DNA of 64,000 nucleotides from Eledone cirrhosa (lineage: Eukaryota), in contig OZ024740.1 of the NCBI GenBank assembly GCA_964016885.1, positions 85,560,001 to 85,624,000 of the forward strand, given 5' to 3'. Below the pieces are notes generated by a model that was not told where the DNA came from, ran no database searches, and saw nothing but the letters and a program-made list of their open reading frames with translations. Positions 30,401 to 45,400 of the stretch are shown one piece after another (positions within the stretch are counted from its first letter, which is position 1; every line of letters starts with the position of its first letter). The translations under genes were made by a program, and so were the position numbers.

Positions 30401-33400
30401 GGTGATGATGGTTGTGGTAGTGGTATTGATGGTGATGATTCTTGTGGTAGTGGTATTGATGGTGATGATGGTTGAGGTAGTGGTATTGATGGTGACGACG
30501 GTTGTGGTAGTGGTATTGATGGTGATGATGGTTGCGGTAGTGGTATTGATGGTGACGACGGTTGTGGTAGTGGTATTGATGGTGATGATGGTTGCGGTAG
30601 TGGTATTGATGGTGACGACGGTTGTGGTAGTGGTATTGATGGTGATGACGGTTGTGGTAGTGGTATCGATGGTGATGACAGTAGTGGTAGTGGTATTGAT
30701 GGTGATGATGGTAGTGGTAGTGGTATTGATGGTGATGACGGTTCTGGTAGTGGTATTGATGGTGATGACGGTAGTGGTAGTAGTATTGATGGTGATGATG
30801 GTAGTGGTATTGATGGTGATGATGGTTGTGGTAGTGGTATTGATGGTGACGACGGTTGTGGTAGTTGTATTGATGGTGATGATGGTTGTGGTATTAATGG
30901 TGACGACGGTTGTGGTAGTGGTATTGATGGTGATGATGGTTGTGGTAGTGGTATTGATGGTGAGGACGGTTGTGGTAGTGGTATTGATGGTGATGATGGT
31001 AGTGGTAGTGGTATTTGATGGTGACTACAGTTGTGGTAGTGTTATTTATGGTGATGATGGTTGTGGTAGTGGTATTGATGGTGATGATGGTAGTGGTAGT
31101 GGTATTGATGGTGATGATGGTAGTGGTATTGATGGTGATGATGTTTGTGGTAGTGGTATTGATGGTGATGATGGTTGTGGTAGTGGTATTGATGGTGATG
31201 ATGGTGGTGGTAGTGGTATTGATGGTGATGATGGTGGTGGTAGTGGTATTGATGGTGACGATCGTTATGGTAGTGGTATTGATGGTGATGATGGTTGTGG
31301 TAGTGGTATTGATGGTGATGATGGTGATGGTATTGATGGCGATGTTGGTGGTCGTAGTGGTATTGATGGTGATGATGGTTATGGTATTGATGGTGATGAA
31401 AGTAGTGGTAGTGGTATTGATGGTGATGATGGTTGTGGTAGTTGTATTGATGGTGATGTTTGTTGTGGTAGTGGTATTGATGGTGATGATGGTTGTGGTA
31501 GTGGTATTGATGGTGATGATGGTTGTGGTAGTGGTATTGATGGTGATGACGGTTGTGGTAGTGGTATTGATGGTGATGACGGTTGTGGTAGTGGTATTGA
31601 TGGTGATGATGGTTGTGGTAGTGGTATTGATGGTGATGATGGTTGTGGTATTGATGGTGAAGACGGTTGCGGTAGTGGTATTGATGGTGATGATGGTTGT
31701 GGTAGTGGTATTGATGGTGATGACGGTTGTGGTAGTGGTATTGATGGTGACGACGGTTGTAGTAGTGATATTGATGGTGACGACGGTTGTGGTAGTGGTA
31801 TTGATGGTGATGATGGTTGTGGTAGTGGTATTGATGGTGATGATTCTTGTGGTAGTGGTATTGATGTTGATGATGGTTGTGGTAGTGGTATTGATGGTGA
31901 TGATGGTTGTGGTAGTGGTATTGATGGTGATGATGGTTGTGGTAGTGGTATTGATGGTGATGATGGTTGTGGTATTGATGGTGAAGACGGTTGCGGTAGT
32001 GGTATTGATGGTGATGATGGTTGTGGTAGTGGTATTGATGGTGATGATGGTGGTGGTAGTGGTATTGATGGTGATGATGGTGGTGGTAGTGGTATTGATG
32101 GTGACGATCGTTATGGTAGTGGTATTGATGGTGATGATGGTTGTGGTAGTGGTATTGATGGTGATGATGGTGATGGTATTGATGGCGATGATGGTGGTGG
32201 TAGTGGTATTAATGGTGATGATGGTTATGGTATTGATGGTGATGAAAGTAGTGGTAGTGGTATTGATGGTGATGATGGTTGTGGTAGTTGTATTGATGGT
32301 GATGATTGTTATGGTAGTGGTATTGATGGTGATGATGGTTGTGGTAGTGGTATTGATGGTGATGATGGTAGTGGTATTGATGGTGAAGACGGTTGCAGTA
32401 GTGATATTGATGGTGATGATGGTTGTGGTAGTGGTATTGATGGTGACGACGGTTGTGGTAGTGGTATTGATGGTGATGGTTGTGGTAGTGGTATTGATGG
32501 TGATGATGGTTGTGGTAGTGGTATTGATGGTGATGATGGTTGTGGTAGTGGTATTGATGGTGATGACGGTTGTGGTAGTGGTATTGATGGTGATGACGGT
32601 TGTGGTAGTGGTATTGATGGTGATGACGGTTGTGGTAGTGGTATTGATGGTGACGACGGTTGTGGTAGTGGTATTGATGGTGATGATGGTTGTGGTAGTG
32701 GTATTGATGGTGATGATGGTAGTGGTATTGATGGTGATGATGGTTGTGGTAGTGGTATTGATGGTGATGATGGTTGTGGTAGTGGTATTGATGGTGATGA
32801 TGGTTGTGGTAGTGGTATTGATGGTGATGATGGTTGTGGTAGTGGTATTGATGGTGATGATGGTTGTGGTAGTGGTATTGATGGTGATGATGGTTGTGGT
32901 AGTGGTATTGATGGTGATGATGGTTGTGGTAGTGGTATTGATGGTGATGATGGTTGTGGTAGTGGTATTGATGGTGATGATGGTTGTGGTATTGATGGTG
33001 AAGACGGTTGCGGTAGTGGTATTGATGGTGATGATGGTTGTGGTAGTGGTATTGATGGTGATGATGGTTGTGGTAGTGGTATTGATGGTGACGACGGTTG
33101 TGGTAGTGGTATTGATGGTGACGACGGTTGTGGTAGTGGTATTGATGGTGATGATGGTTGTGGTAGTGGTATTGATGGTGATGATTCTTGTGGTAGTGGT
33201 ATTGATGGTGATGATGGTTGAGGTAGTGGTATTGATGGTGACGACGGTTGTGGTAGTGGTATTGATGGTGATGATGGTTGCGGTAGTGGTATTGATGGTG
33301 ACGACGGTTGTGGTAGTGGTATTGATGGTGATGATGGTTGCGGTAGTGGTATTGATGGTGACGACGGTTGTGGTAGTGGTATTGATGGTGCTGATGGTTG

Positions 33401-36400
33401 TGGTATTGATGGCGTGGTATTGATGGTGATGACGGTAGTGGTAGTGGTATTGATGGTGACGATGGTTGTGGTAGTGGTATTGATGGTGACGACGGTTGTG
33501 GTAGTGGTATTGATGGTGATGACGGTTGTGGTAGTGGTATCGATGGTGATGACAGTAGTGGTAGTGGTATTGATGGTGATGATGGTAGTGGTAGTGGTAT
33601 TGATGGTGATGACGGTTCTGGTAGTGGTATTGATGGTGATGACGGTAGTGGTAGTAGTATTGATGGTGATGATGGTAGTGGTATTGATGGTGATGATGGT
33701 TGTGGTAGTGGTATTGATGGTGACGACGGTTGTGGTAGTTGTATTGATGGTGATGATGGTTGTGGTATTAATGGTGACGACGGTTGTGGTAGTGGTATTG
33801 ATGGTGATGATGGTTGTGGTAGTGGTATTGATGGTGAGGACGGTTGTGGTAGTGGTATTGATGGTGATGATGGTAGTGGTAGTGGTATTTGATGGTGACT
33901 ACAGTTGTGGTAGTGGTATTTATGGTGATGATGGTTGTGGTAGTGGTATTGATGGTGATGATGGTAGTGGTAGTGGTATTGATGGTGATGATGGTAGTGG
34001 TATTGATGGTGATGATGTTTGTGGTAGTGGTATTGATGGTGATGATGGTTGTGGTAGTGGTATTGATGGTGATGATGGTGGTGGTAGTGGTATTGATGGT
34101 GATGATGGTGGTGGTAGTGGTATTGATGGTGACGATCGTTATGGTAGTGGTATTGATGGTGATGATGGTTGTGGTAGTGGTATTGATGGTGATGATGGTG
34201 ATGGTATTGATGGCGATGTTGGTGGTCGTAGTGGTATTGATGGTGATGATGGTTATGGTATTGATGGTGATGAAAGTAGTGGTAGTGGTATTGATGGTGA
34301 TGATGGTTGTGGTAGTTGTATTGATGGTGATGTTTGTTGTGGTAGTGGTATTGATGGTGATGATGGTTGTGGTAGTGGTATTGATGGTGATGATGGTTGT
34401 GGTAGTGGTATTGATGGTGATGACGGTTGTGGTAGTGGTATTGATGGTGATGACGGTTGTGGTAGTGGTATTGATGGTGATGATGGTTGTGGTAGTGGTA
34501 TTGATGGTGATGATGGTTGTGGTATTGATGGTGAAGACGGTTGCGGTAGTGGTATTGATGGTGATGATGGTTGTGGTAGTGGTATTGATGGTGATGACGG
34601 TTGTGGTAGTGGTATTGATGGTGACGACGGTTGTAGTAGTGATATTGATGGTGACGACGGTTGTGGTAGTGGTATTGATGGTGATGATGGTTGTGGTAGT
34701 GGTATTGATGGTGATGATTCTTGTGGTAGTGGTATTGATGTTGATGATGGTTGTGGTAGTGGTATTGATGGTGATGATGGTTGTGGTAGTGGTATTGATG
34801 GTGATGATGGTTGTGGTAGTGGTATTGATGGTGATGATGGTTGTGGTATTGATGGTGAAGACGGTTGCGGTAGTGGTATTGATGGTGATGATGGTTGTGG
34901 TAGTGGTATTGATGGTGATGATGGTGGTGGTAGTGGTATTGATGGTGATGATGGTGGTGGTAGTGGTATTGATGGTGACGATCGTTATGGTAGTGGTATT
35001 GATGGTGATGATGGTTGTGGTAGTGGTATTGATGGTGATGATGGTGATGGTATTGATGGCGATGATGGTGGTGGTAGTGGTATTAATGGTGATGATGGTT
35101 ATGGTATTGATGGTGATGAAAGTAGTGGTAGTGGTATTGATGGTGATGATGGTTGTGGTAGTTGTATTGATGGTGATGATTGTTATGGTAGTGGTATTGA
35201 TGGTGATGATGGTTGTGGTAGTGGTATTGATGGTGATGATGGTAGTGGTATTGATGGTGAAGACGGTTGCAGTAGTGATATTGATGGTGATGATGGTTGT
35301 GGTAGTGGTATTGATGGTGACGACGGTTGTGGTAGTGGTATTGATGGTGATGGTTGTGGTAGTGGTATTGATGGTGATGATGGTTGTGGTAGTGGTATTG
35401 ATGGTGATGATGGTTGTGGTAGTGGTATTGATGGTGATGACGGTTGTGGTAGTGGTATTGATGGTGATGACGGTTGTGGTAGTGGTATTGATGGTGATGA
35501 CGGTTGTGGTAGTGGTATTGATGGTGACGACGGTTGTGGTAGTGGTATTGATGGTGATGATGGTTGTGGTAGTGGTATTGATGGTGATGATGGTAGTGGT
35601 ATTGATGGTGATGATGGTTGTGGTAGTGGTATTGATGGTGATGATGGTTGTGGTAGTGGTATTGATGGTGATGATGGTTGTGGTAGTGGTATTGATGGTG
35701 ATGATGGTTGTGGTAGTGGTATTGATGGTGATGATGGTTGTGGTAGTGGTATTGATGGTGATGATGGTTGTGGTAGTGGTATTGATGGTGATGATGGTTG
35801 TGGTAGTGGTATTGATGGTGATGATGGTTGTGGTAGTGGTATTGATGGTGATGATGGTTGTGGTATTGATGGTGAAGACGGTTGCGGTAGTGGTATTGAT
35901 GGTGATGATGGTTGTGGTAGTGGTATTGATGGTGATGATGGTTGTGGTAGTGGTATTGATGGTGACGACGGTTGTGGTAGTGGTATTGATGGTGACGACG
36001 GTTGTGGTAGTGGTATTGATGGTGATGATGGTTGTGGTAGTGTTATTGATGGTGATGATTCTTGTGGTAGTGGTATTGATGGTGATGATGGTTAAGGTAG
36101 TGGTATTGATGGTGACGACGGTTGTGGTAGTGGTATTGATGGTGATGATGGTTGCGGTAGTGGTATTGATGGTGACGACGGTTGTGGTAGTGGTATTGAT
36201 GGTGATGATGGTTGCGGTAGTGGTATTGATGGTGACGACGGTTGTGGTAGTGGTATTGATGGTGCTGATGGTTGTGGTATTGATGGCGTGGTATTGATGG
36301 TGATGACGGTAGTGGTAGTGGTATTGATGGTGACGATGGTTGTGGTAGTGGTATTGATGGTGATGATGGTTGTGGTAGTGGTATTGATGGTGATGACGGT

Positions 36401-39400
36401 TGTGGTAGTGGTATTGATGGTGATGATGGTTGTGGTAGTGGTATTGATGGTGATGATTCTTGTGGTAGTGGTATTGATGGTGATGATGGTTGAGGTAGTG
36501 GTATTGATGGTGACGACGGTTGTGGTAGTGGTATTGATGGTGATGATGGTTGCGGTAGTGGTATTGATGGTGACGACGGTTGTGGTAGTGGTATTGATGG
36601 TGATGATGGTTGCGGTAGTGGTATTGATGGTGACGACGGTTGTGGTAGTGGTATTGATGGTGATGACGGTTGTGGTAGTGGTATCGATGGTGATGACAGT
36701 AGTGGTAGTGGTATTGATGGTGATGATGGTAGTGGTAGTGGTATTGATGGTGATGACGGTTCTGGTAGTGGTATTGATGGTGATGACGGTAGTGGTAGTA
36801 GTATTGATGGTGATGATGGTAGTGGTATTGATGGTGATGATGGTTGTGGTAGTGGTATTGATGGTGACGACGGTTGTGGTAGTTGTATTGATGGTGATGA
36901 TGGTTGTGGTATTAATGGTGACGACGGTTGTGGTAGTGGTATTGATGGTGATGATGGTTGTGGTAGTGGTATTGATGGTGAGGACGGTTGTGGTAGTGGT
37001 ATTGATGGTGATGATGGTTGTAGTAGTGGTATTGATGGTGATGATGGTTGTGGTAGTGGTATTGATGGTGACGACGGTTGTCGTAGTGGTATTGATGGTG
37101 ATGATGGTTGTGGTAGTGCTATTGATGGTGATGATGGTTGTGGTAGTGGTATTGATGGCGTGGTATTGATGGTGATGACGGTAGTGGTAGTGGTATTGAT
37201 GATGACGATGGTTGTGGTAGTGGTATTGATGGTGACGATGGTTGTGGTAGTGATATTGATGGTGATGATGGTTGTGGTATTGGTATTGATGGTTATGATG
37301 GTTGTGGTAGTGGTATTGATGGTTATGACGGTTGTGGTAGTGGTATTGATGGTGATGATGGTTGTGATAGAGGTATTGATGGTGATGATGGTTGTGGTAG
37401 TGGTATTGATGGTGATGATGGTTGTGGTAGTGGTATTGATGGTGATGATGGTAGTGGTATTGATGGTGAAGACGGTTGCTGTAGTGGTATTGATGGTGAT
37501 GATGGTTGTGGTAGTGGTATTGATGGTGACGATGGTTGTGGTAGTGGTATTGATGGTGACGACGGTTGTGGTAGTGGTATTGATGGTGATGATGGTTGTG
37601 GTAGTGGTATTGATGGTGATGATGGTTGTGGTAGTGGTATTGATGGTGATGATGGTTGTGGTAGTGGTATTGATGGTGATGACGGTTGTGGTAGTGGTAT
37701 TGATGGTGATGATGGTTGTGGTATTGATGGTGATGATGGTTGTGGTAGTGGTATTGATGGTGATGATGGTTGTGATAGTGGTATTGATGGTGATGATGGT
37801 TGTGGTAGTGGTATTGAAGGTGATGATGGTTGTTGTAGTGGTACTGATGGTGATGATGGTAGTGGTAGTGGTATTGATGGTGATGATGGTTGTGGTAGTG
37901 GTATTGATGGTGATGACGGTTGTGGTAGTGGTATTGATGGTGATGACGGTTGTGGTAGTGGTATTGATGGTGATGACGGTTGTGGTAGTGGTATTGATGG
38001 TGATGATGGTTGTGGTAGTGGTATTGATGGTGACGACGGTTGTGGTAGTGGTATTGATGGTGATGATGGTTGTGGTAGTGGTATTGATGGTGACGATGGT
38101 TGTGGTAGTGGTATTGATGGTGATGATGGTTGTGGTAGTGGTATTGATGGTGATGATGGTTGTGGTAGTGGTATTGATGGTGATGATGGTTGTGGTAGTG
38201 GTATTGATGGTGATGATGGTTGTGATAGTGGTATTGATGGTGATGATGGTTGTGGTAGTGGTATTGATGGTGATGATGGTTGTGGTAGTGGTATTGATGG
38301 TGATGATGGTAGTGGTATTGATGGTGAAGACGGTTGCGGTAGTGGTATTGATGGTGATGATGGTTGTGGTAGTGGTATTGATGGTGACGACGGTTGTGGT
38401 AGTGGTATTGATGGTGATGATGGTTGTGGTAGTGGTATTGATGGTGATTATGGTTGTGGTAGTGGTATTGATGGTGATGATGGTTGTGGTAGTGGTATTG
38501 ATGGTGATGATGGTTGTGGTAGTGGTATTGAAGGTGATGATGGTTGTGGTAGTGGTATTGATGGTGATGACGGTTGTGGTAGTGGTATTGATGGTGATGA
38601 TGGTTGTGGTAGTGGTATTGATGGTGACGATGGTTGTGGTAGTGGTATTGATGGTGACGATGGTTGTGGTAGTGGTATTGATGGTGATGATGGTTGTGGT
38701 AGTGGTATTGATGGTGATGATGGTTGTGGTAGTGGTATTGATGGTGATGATGGTTGTGATAGTGGTATTGATGGTGATGATGGTTGTGGTAGTGGTATTG
38801 ATGGTGATGATGGTTGTGATAGTGGTATTGATGGTGATGATGGTTGTGGTAGTGGTATTGATGGTGATGATGGTTGTGGTAGTGGTATTGATGGTGATGA
38901 TGGTAGTGGTATTGATGGTGAAGACGGTTGCGGTAGTGGTATTGATGGTGATGATGGTTGTGGTAGTGGTATTGATGGTGACGACGGTTGTGGTAGTGGT
39001 ATTGATGGTGATGATGGTTGTGGTAGTGGTATTGATGGTGATTATGGTTGTGGTAGTGGTATTGATGGTGATGATGGTTGTGGTAGTGGTATTGATGGTG
39101 ATGATGGTTGTGGTAGTGGTATTGATGGTGATGATGGTTGTGGTAGTGGTATTGAAGGTGATGATGGTTGTGGTAGTGGTATTGATGGTGATGACGGTTG
39201 TGGTAGTGGTATTGATGTTGCTGATGGATGCGGTAGTGGTATTGATGGTGATGATGGTTGTGGTAGTGGTATTGATGGTGATGATGGTTGTGATAATTGT
39301 ATTGATGGTGATGATGGTTGTGGTAGTGGTATTGATGGTGATGATGGTTGTGGTAGTGGTATTGATGGTGATGATGGTTGTGGTAGTGGTATTGATGGTG

Positions 39401-42400
39401 ATGATGGTTGTGGTAGTGGTATTGATGGTGATGATGGTAGTGGTATTGATGGTGACGACGGTTGTGGTAGTGGTATTGATGGTGATGATGGTTGTGGTAG
39501 TGGTATTGATGGTGACGACGGTTGTGGTAGTGGTATTGATGGTGATGATGGTTGTGGTAGTGGTATTGATGGTGATGATGGTTGTGGTAGTGGTATTGAT
39601 GGTGATGATGGTTGTGGTATTGGTATTGATGGTGATGACGGTTGTGGTAGTGGTATTGATGGTGATGATGGTAGTGGTAGTGGTATTTGATGGTGACTAC
39701 GGTTGTGGTAGTGGTATTGATGGTGATGATGGTTGTGGTAGTGGTATTGATGGTGATGATGGTTGTGGTAGTGGTATAGATGGTGATGATGGTAGTGGTA
39801 GTGGTATTGATGGTGATGATGGTTGTGGTAGTGGTATTGATGGTGATGATGGTTGTGGTAGTGGTATTGATGGTGATGATGGTTGTGGTAGTGGTATTGA
39901 TGGTGATGATGGTGGTGGTAGTGGTATTGATGGTGATGATGGTTGTGGTAGTGGTATTGATGGTGATGACGGTTGTGGTAGTGGTATTGATGTTGATGAT
40001 GGATGCGGTAGTGGTATTGATGGTGATGATGGTTGTGGTAGTGGTATTGATGGTGATGACGGTTGTGGTAGTGGTATTGATGGTGATGATGGTAGTGGTA
40101 GTGGTATTGATGGTGACGATGGTAGTGGTAGTGGTATTGATGGTGATGATGGTGGTGGTATTGATGGTGATGATGGTTGTGGTAGTGCTATTGATGGTGA
40201 CGACGGTTGTGGTAGTGGTATTGATGGTGATGATGGTTGTGGTAGTGGTATTGATGGTGATGATGGTAGTGGTAGTGGTATTGATGGTGCTGATGGTTGT
40301 GGTAGTGCTATTGATGGTCGACGACGGTTGTGGTAGTGGTATTGATGGTGATGATGGTTGTGGTAGTGGTATTGATGCTGATGATGGTAGTGGTATTGAT
40401 GGTGAAGACGGTTGCGGTAGTGGTATTGATGGTGATGATGGTTGTGGTAGTGGTATTGATGGTGATGATGGTTGTGGTAGTGGTATTGATGGTGATGATG
40501 GTTGTGGTAGTGGTATTGATGGTGATGATGGTTGTGGTAGTGGTATTGATGGTGATGATGGTTGTGGTAGTGGTATTGATGGTGATGATGGTTGTGGTAG
40601 TGGTATTGATGGTGATGATGGTTGTGGTAGTGGTATTGATGGTGATGGCGGTTGTGGTAGTGGTATTGTTGGTGATGACGGTTGTGGTAGTGGTATTGAT
40701 GGTGATGATGGTTGTGGTAGTGGTATTGATGGTGATGATGGTAGTGGTAGTGGTATTGATGGTGATGATGGTTATGGTAGTGGTATTGATGGTGATGATG
40801 GTAGTGGTAGTGGTATTGATGGTGATGATGGTAGTGGTAGTGGTATTGATGGTGATGATGGTAGTGGTAGTGGTATTGATGGTGATGATGGTTGTGGTAG
40901 TGGTATTGATGGTGATGATGGTTGTGGTAGTGGTATTGATGGTCATGATGGTGGTGGTAGTGGTATTGATGGTGATGATGGTTGTGGTAGTGGTATTGAT
41001 GGTGATGATGGTTATGGTATTGATGGTGATGAAAGTAGTGGTAGTGGTATTGATGGTGATGATGGTTGTGGTAGTGGTATTGATGGTGATGATGGTTATG
41101 GTATTGATGGTGATGAAAGTAGTGGTAGTGGTATTGATGGTGATGATGGTTGTGGTAGTGGTATTGATGGTCATGATGGTGGTGGTAGTGGTATTGATGG
41201 TGATGATGGTTGTGGTAGTGGTATTGATGGTGATGATGGTTATGGTATTGATGGTGATGAAAGTAGTGGTAGTGGTATTGATGGTGATGATGGTTGTGGT
41301 AGTGGTATTGATGGTGATGATGGTAGTGGTAGTGGTATTGATGGCGACGATGGTAGTGGTAGTGGTATTGATGGTGATGATGGTAGTGGTAGTGGTATTG
41401 ATGGTGATGATGGTTGTGGTAGTGGTATTGATGGTGATGATGGTTGTGGTAGTGGTATTGATGGTGATGATGGTTGTGGTAGTGGTATTGATGGTGATGA
41501 TGGTTATGGTATTGATGGTGATGAAAGTAGTGGTAGTGGTATTGATGGTGATGATGGTTGTGGTAGTGGTATTGATGGTCATGATGGTGGTGGTAGTGGT
41601 ATTGATGGTGATGATGGTTGTGGTAGTGGTATTGATGGTGATGATGGTTATGGTATTGATGGTGATGAAAGTAGTGGTAGTGGTATTGATGGTGATGATG
41701 GTTGTGGTAGTGGTATTGATGGTGATGATGGCAGTGGTAGTGGTATTGATGGCGACGATGGTAGTGGTAGTGGTATTGATGGTGATGATGGTAGTGGTAG
41801 TGGTATTGATGGTGATGATGGTTGTGGTAGTGGTATTGATGGTGATGATGGTTGTGGTAGTGGTATTGATGGTGATGATGGTTGTGGTAGTGGTATTGAT
41901 GGTGATGATGGTTGTGGTAGTGGTATTGATGGTGATGATGGTTGTGGTAGTGGTATTGATGGTGATGATGGTTGTGGTAGTGGTATTGATGGTGATGATG
42001 GTTGTGGTATTGATGGTGATGACGGTTGTGGTAGTGGTATCGATGGTGATGATGGTTGTGGTAGTGGTATTGATGGAGATGATGGTTGTGGTAGTGGTAT
42101 TGATGGTGATGATGGTTGTGGTAGTGGTATTGATGGTGATGATGGTTGTGGTAGTGGTATTGATGGTGATGACGGTTGTGGTAGTGGTATTGATGGTGAT
42201 TATGGTTGTGGTAGTGGTATTGATGGTGACGACGGTTGTGGTAGTGGTATTGATGGTGATTATGGTTGTGGTAGTGGTATTGATGGAGATGATGGTTGTG
42301 GTAGTGGTATTGATGGTGATGATGGTTGTGGTAGTGGTATTGATGGTGATGATGGTTGTGGTAGTGGTATTGATGGTGATGACGGTTGTGGTAGTGGTAT

Positions 42401-45400
42401 TGATGGTGATGACGGTAGTGGTAGTGGTATTGATGGTGATGATGGTTGTGCTAGTGATATTGATGGTGATGATGGTTGTGGTAGTGGTATTGTTGGTGAT
42501 GACGGTTGTGGTAGTGGTATTGATGGTGATGATGGTTGTGGTAGTGGTATTGATGGTGATGCTCGTAGTGGTAGTGGTATTGATGGTGATGACGGTAGTG
42601 GTAGTGGTATTGATGGTGATGCTGGTAGTGGTAGTAGTATTTGATGGTGACTACGGTTGTGGTAGTGGTATTGATGGTGATGATGGTTGTGGTAGTGGTA
42701 TTGATGGTGATGTTGGTAGTGGTAGTGGTATTGATGGTGATGATGGTTGTGGTAGTGGTATTGATGGTGATGATGGGGTGGTATTGATGGTGATGATGGT
42801 GGTGGTAGTGGTATTGATGGTGATGCTGGTAGTGGTAGTAGTATTTGATGGTGACTACGGTTGTGGTAGTGGTATTGATGGTGATGATGGTAGTGGTAGT
42901 GGTATTGATGGTGATGATTGTTGTGGTAGTGGTATTGATGGTGATGATGGTTGTGATAGTGGTATTGATGGTGATGATGGTTGTGGTAGTGGTATTGATG
43001 GTGATGTTGGTAGTGGTAGTGGTATTGATGGTGATGATGGGGTGGTATTGATGGTGATGATGGTGGTGGTAGTGGTATTGATGGTGATGCTGGTAGTGGT
43101 AGTAGTATTTGATGGTGACTACGGTTGTGGTAGTGGTATTGATGGTGATGATGGTTGCGGTATTGGTATTGATGGTGATGATGGTTGTGGTAGTGGTATT
43201 GATGGTGATGATGGTTGTGGTAGTTGTATTGATGGTGATGATTGTTGTGGTAGTGGTATTGATGGTGATGATGGTTGTGATAGTGGTATTGATGGTGATG
43301 ATGGTTGTGGTAGTGGTATTGATGGTGATGACGGTTGTGGTAGTGGTATTGATGGTGATGATGGTTGTAGTAGTGGTATTGATGGTGATGATGGTTGAGG
43401 TAGTGGTATTGATGGTGATGATGGTTGTGGTAGTGGTATTGATGGTGATGACGGTTGTGGTAGTGGTATTGATGGTGATGATGGTTGTGGTAGTGGTATT
43501 GATGGTGATGATGGTTGCGGTAGTGGTATTGATGGTGACGACGTTTGTGGTAGTGGTATTGATGGTGACGACGGTTGTGGTTGTGGTATTGATGGTGACG
43601 ACGGTTGTGGTAGTGGTATTGATGGTGACGACGTTTGTGGTAGTGGTATTGATGGTGACGACGGTTGTGGTAGTGGTTTGATGGTGATGATGGTTGTGGT
43701 AGTGGTATTGATGGTGATGATGGTTGTGGTAGTGGTATTGATGGTGACGACGTTTATGGTAGTGGTATTGATGGTGACGACGGTTGTGGTAGTGGTATTG
43801 ATGGTGATGATGGTTGTGGTAGTGGTATTGATGGTGATGATGGTAGTGGTATTGATGGTGATGATGGTTGTGGTAGTGGTATTGATGGTGACGACGTTTA
43901 TGGTAGTGGTATTGATGGTGACGACGGTTGTGGTAGTGGTATTGATGGTGATGATGGTTGTGGTAGTGGTATTGATGGTGATGATGGTTGTGGTAGTGGT
44001 ATTGATGGTGATGACGGTTGTGGTAGTGGTATTGATGTTGATGGATGTGGTAGTGGTATTGATGGTGATGATGGTTGTGGTAGTGGTATTGATGGTGATG
44101 ATGGTTGTTGTATTGGTATTGATGGTGATGATGGTTGTGGTAGTGGTATTGATGGTGATGATGGTTGTGGTAGTGGTATTGATGGTGATGAAGGTTGTGG
44201 TAGTGGTATTGATGGTGATGACGGTTGTGGTAGTGGTATTGATGGTGATGATGGTTGTGGTAGTGGTATTGATGGTGATGATGGTTGTGGTAGTGGTATT
44301 GATGGTGACGACGGTTGTGGTAGTGGTATTGATGGTGATGATGGTTGTGGTAGTGGTATTGATGGTGATGATGGTTGTGGTAGTGGTATTGATGGTGATG
44401 ACGGTTGTGGTAGTGGTATTGATGTTGATGGATGTGGTAGTGGTATTGATGGTGATGATGGTTGTGGTAGTGGTATTGATGGTGATGATGGTTGTTGTAT
44501 TGGTATTGATGGTGATGATGGTTGTGGTAGTGGTATTGATGGTGATGATGGTTGTGGTAGTGGTATTGATGGTGATGAAGGTTGTGGTAGTGGTATTGAT
44601 GGTGATGACGGTTGTGGTAGTGGTATTGATGGTGATGATGGTTGTGGTAGTGGTATTGATGGTGATGATGGTTGTGGTAGTGGTATTGATGGTGATGACG
44701 GTTGTGGTAGTGGTATTGATGGTGATGATGGTTGTGGTAGTGGTATTGATGGTGATGATGGTTGTGGTAGTGGTATTGATGGTGATGACGGTTGTGGTAG
44801 TGGTATTGATGGTGATGACGGTTGTGGTAGTGGTATTGATGGTGATGATGGTTGTGGTAGTGGTATTGATGGTGATGACGGTTGTGGTAGTGGTATTGAT
44901 GGTGATGACGGTTGTGGTAGTGGTATTGATGGTGATGACGGTTGTGGTAGTGGTATTGATGGTGATGACGGTTGCGGTAGTGGTATTGATGGTGATGATG
45001 GTAGTGGTATTGATGGTGATGACGGTTGTGGTAGTGGTATTGATGGTGACGATGTTTGTGGTAGTGGTATTGATGGTGACGATGGTTGTGGTATTGGTAT
45101 TGATGGTTATGATGGTTGTGGTAGTGGTATTGATGGTGATGATGGTTGTGGTAGTGGTTTTGATGGTTATGACGGTTGTGGTAGTGGTATTGATGGTGAT
45201 GACGGTTGTGGTAGTGGTATTGATGGTGACGACGGTTGTGGTAGTGGTATTGATGGTTACGACGGTAGTGGTAGTGGTATTGATGGTGATGATGGTGGTG
45301 GTTGTGGTATTGATGGTGACGATCGTTATGGTAGTGGTATTGATGGTGATGATGGTTGTGGTAGTGGTATTGATGGTGATGATGGTGGTGGTATTGATGG

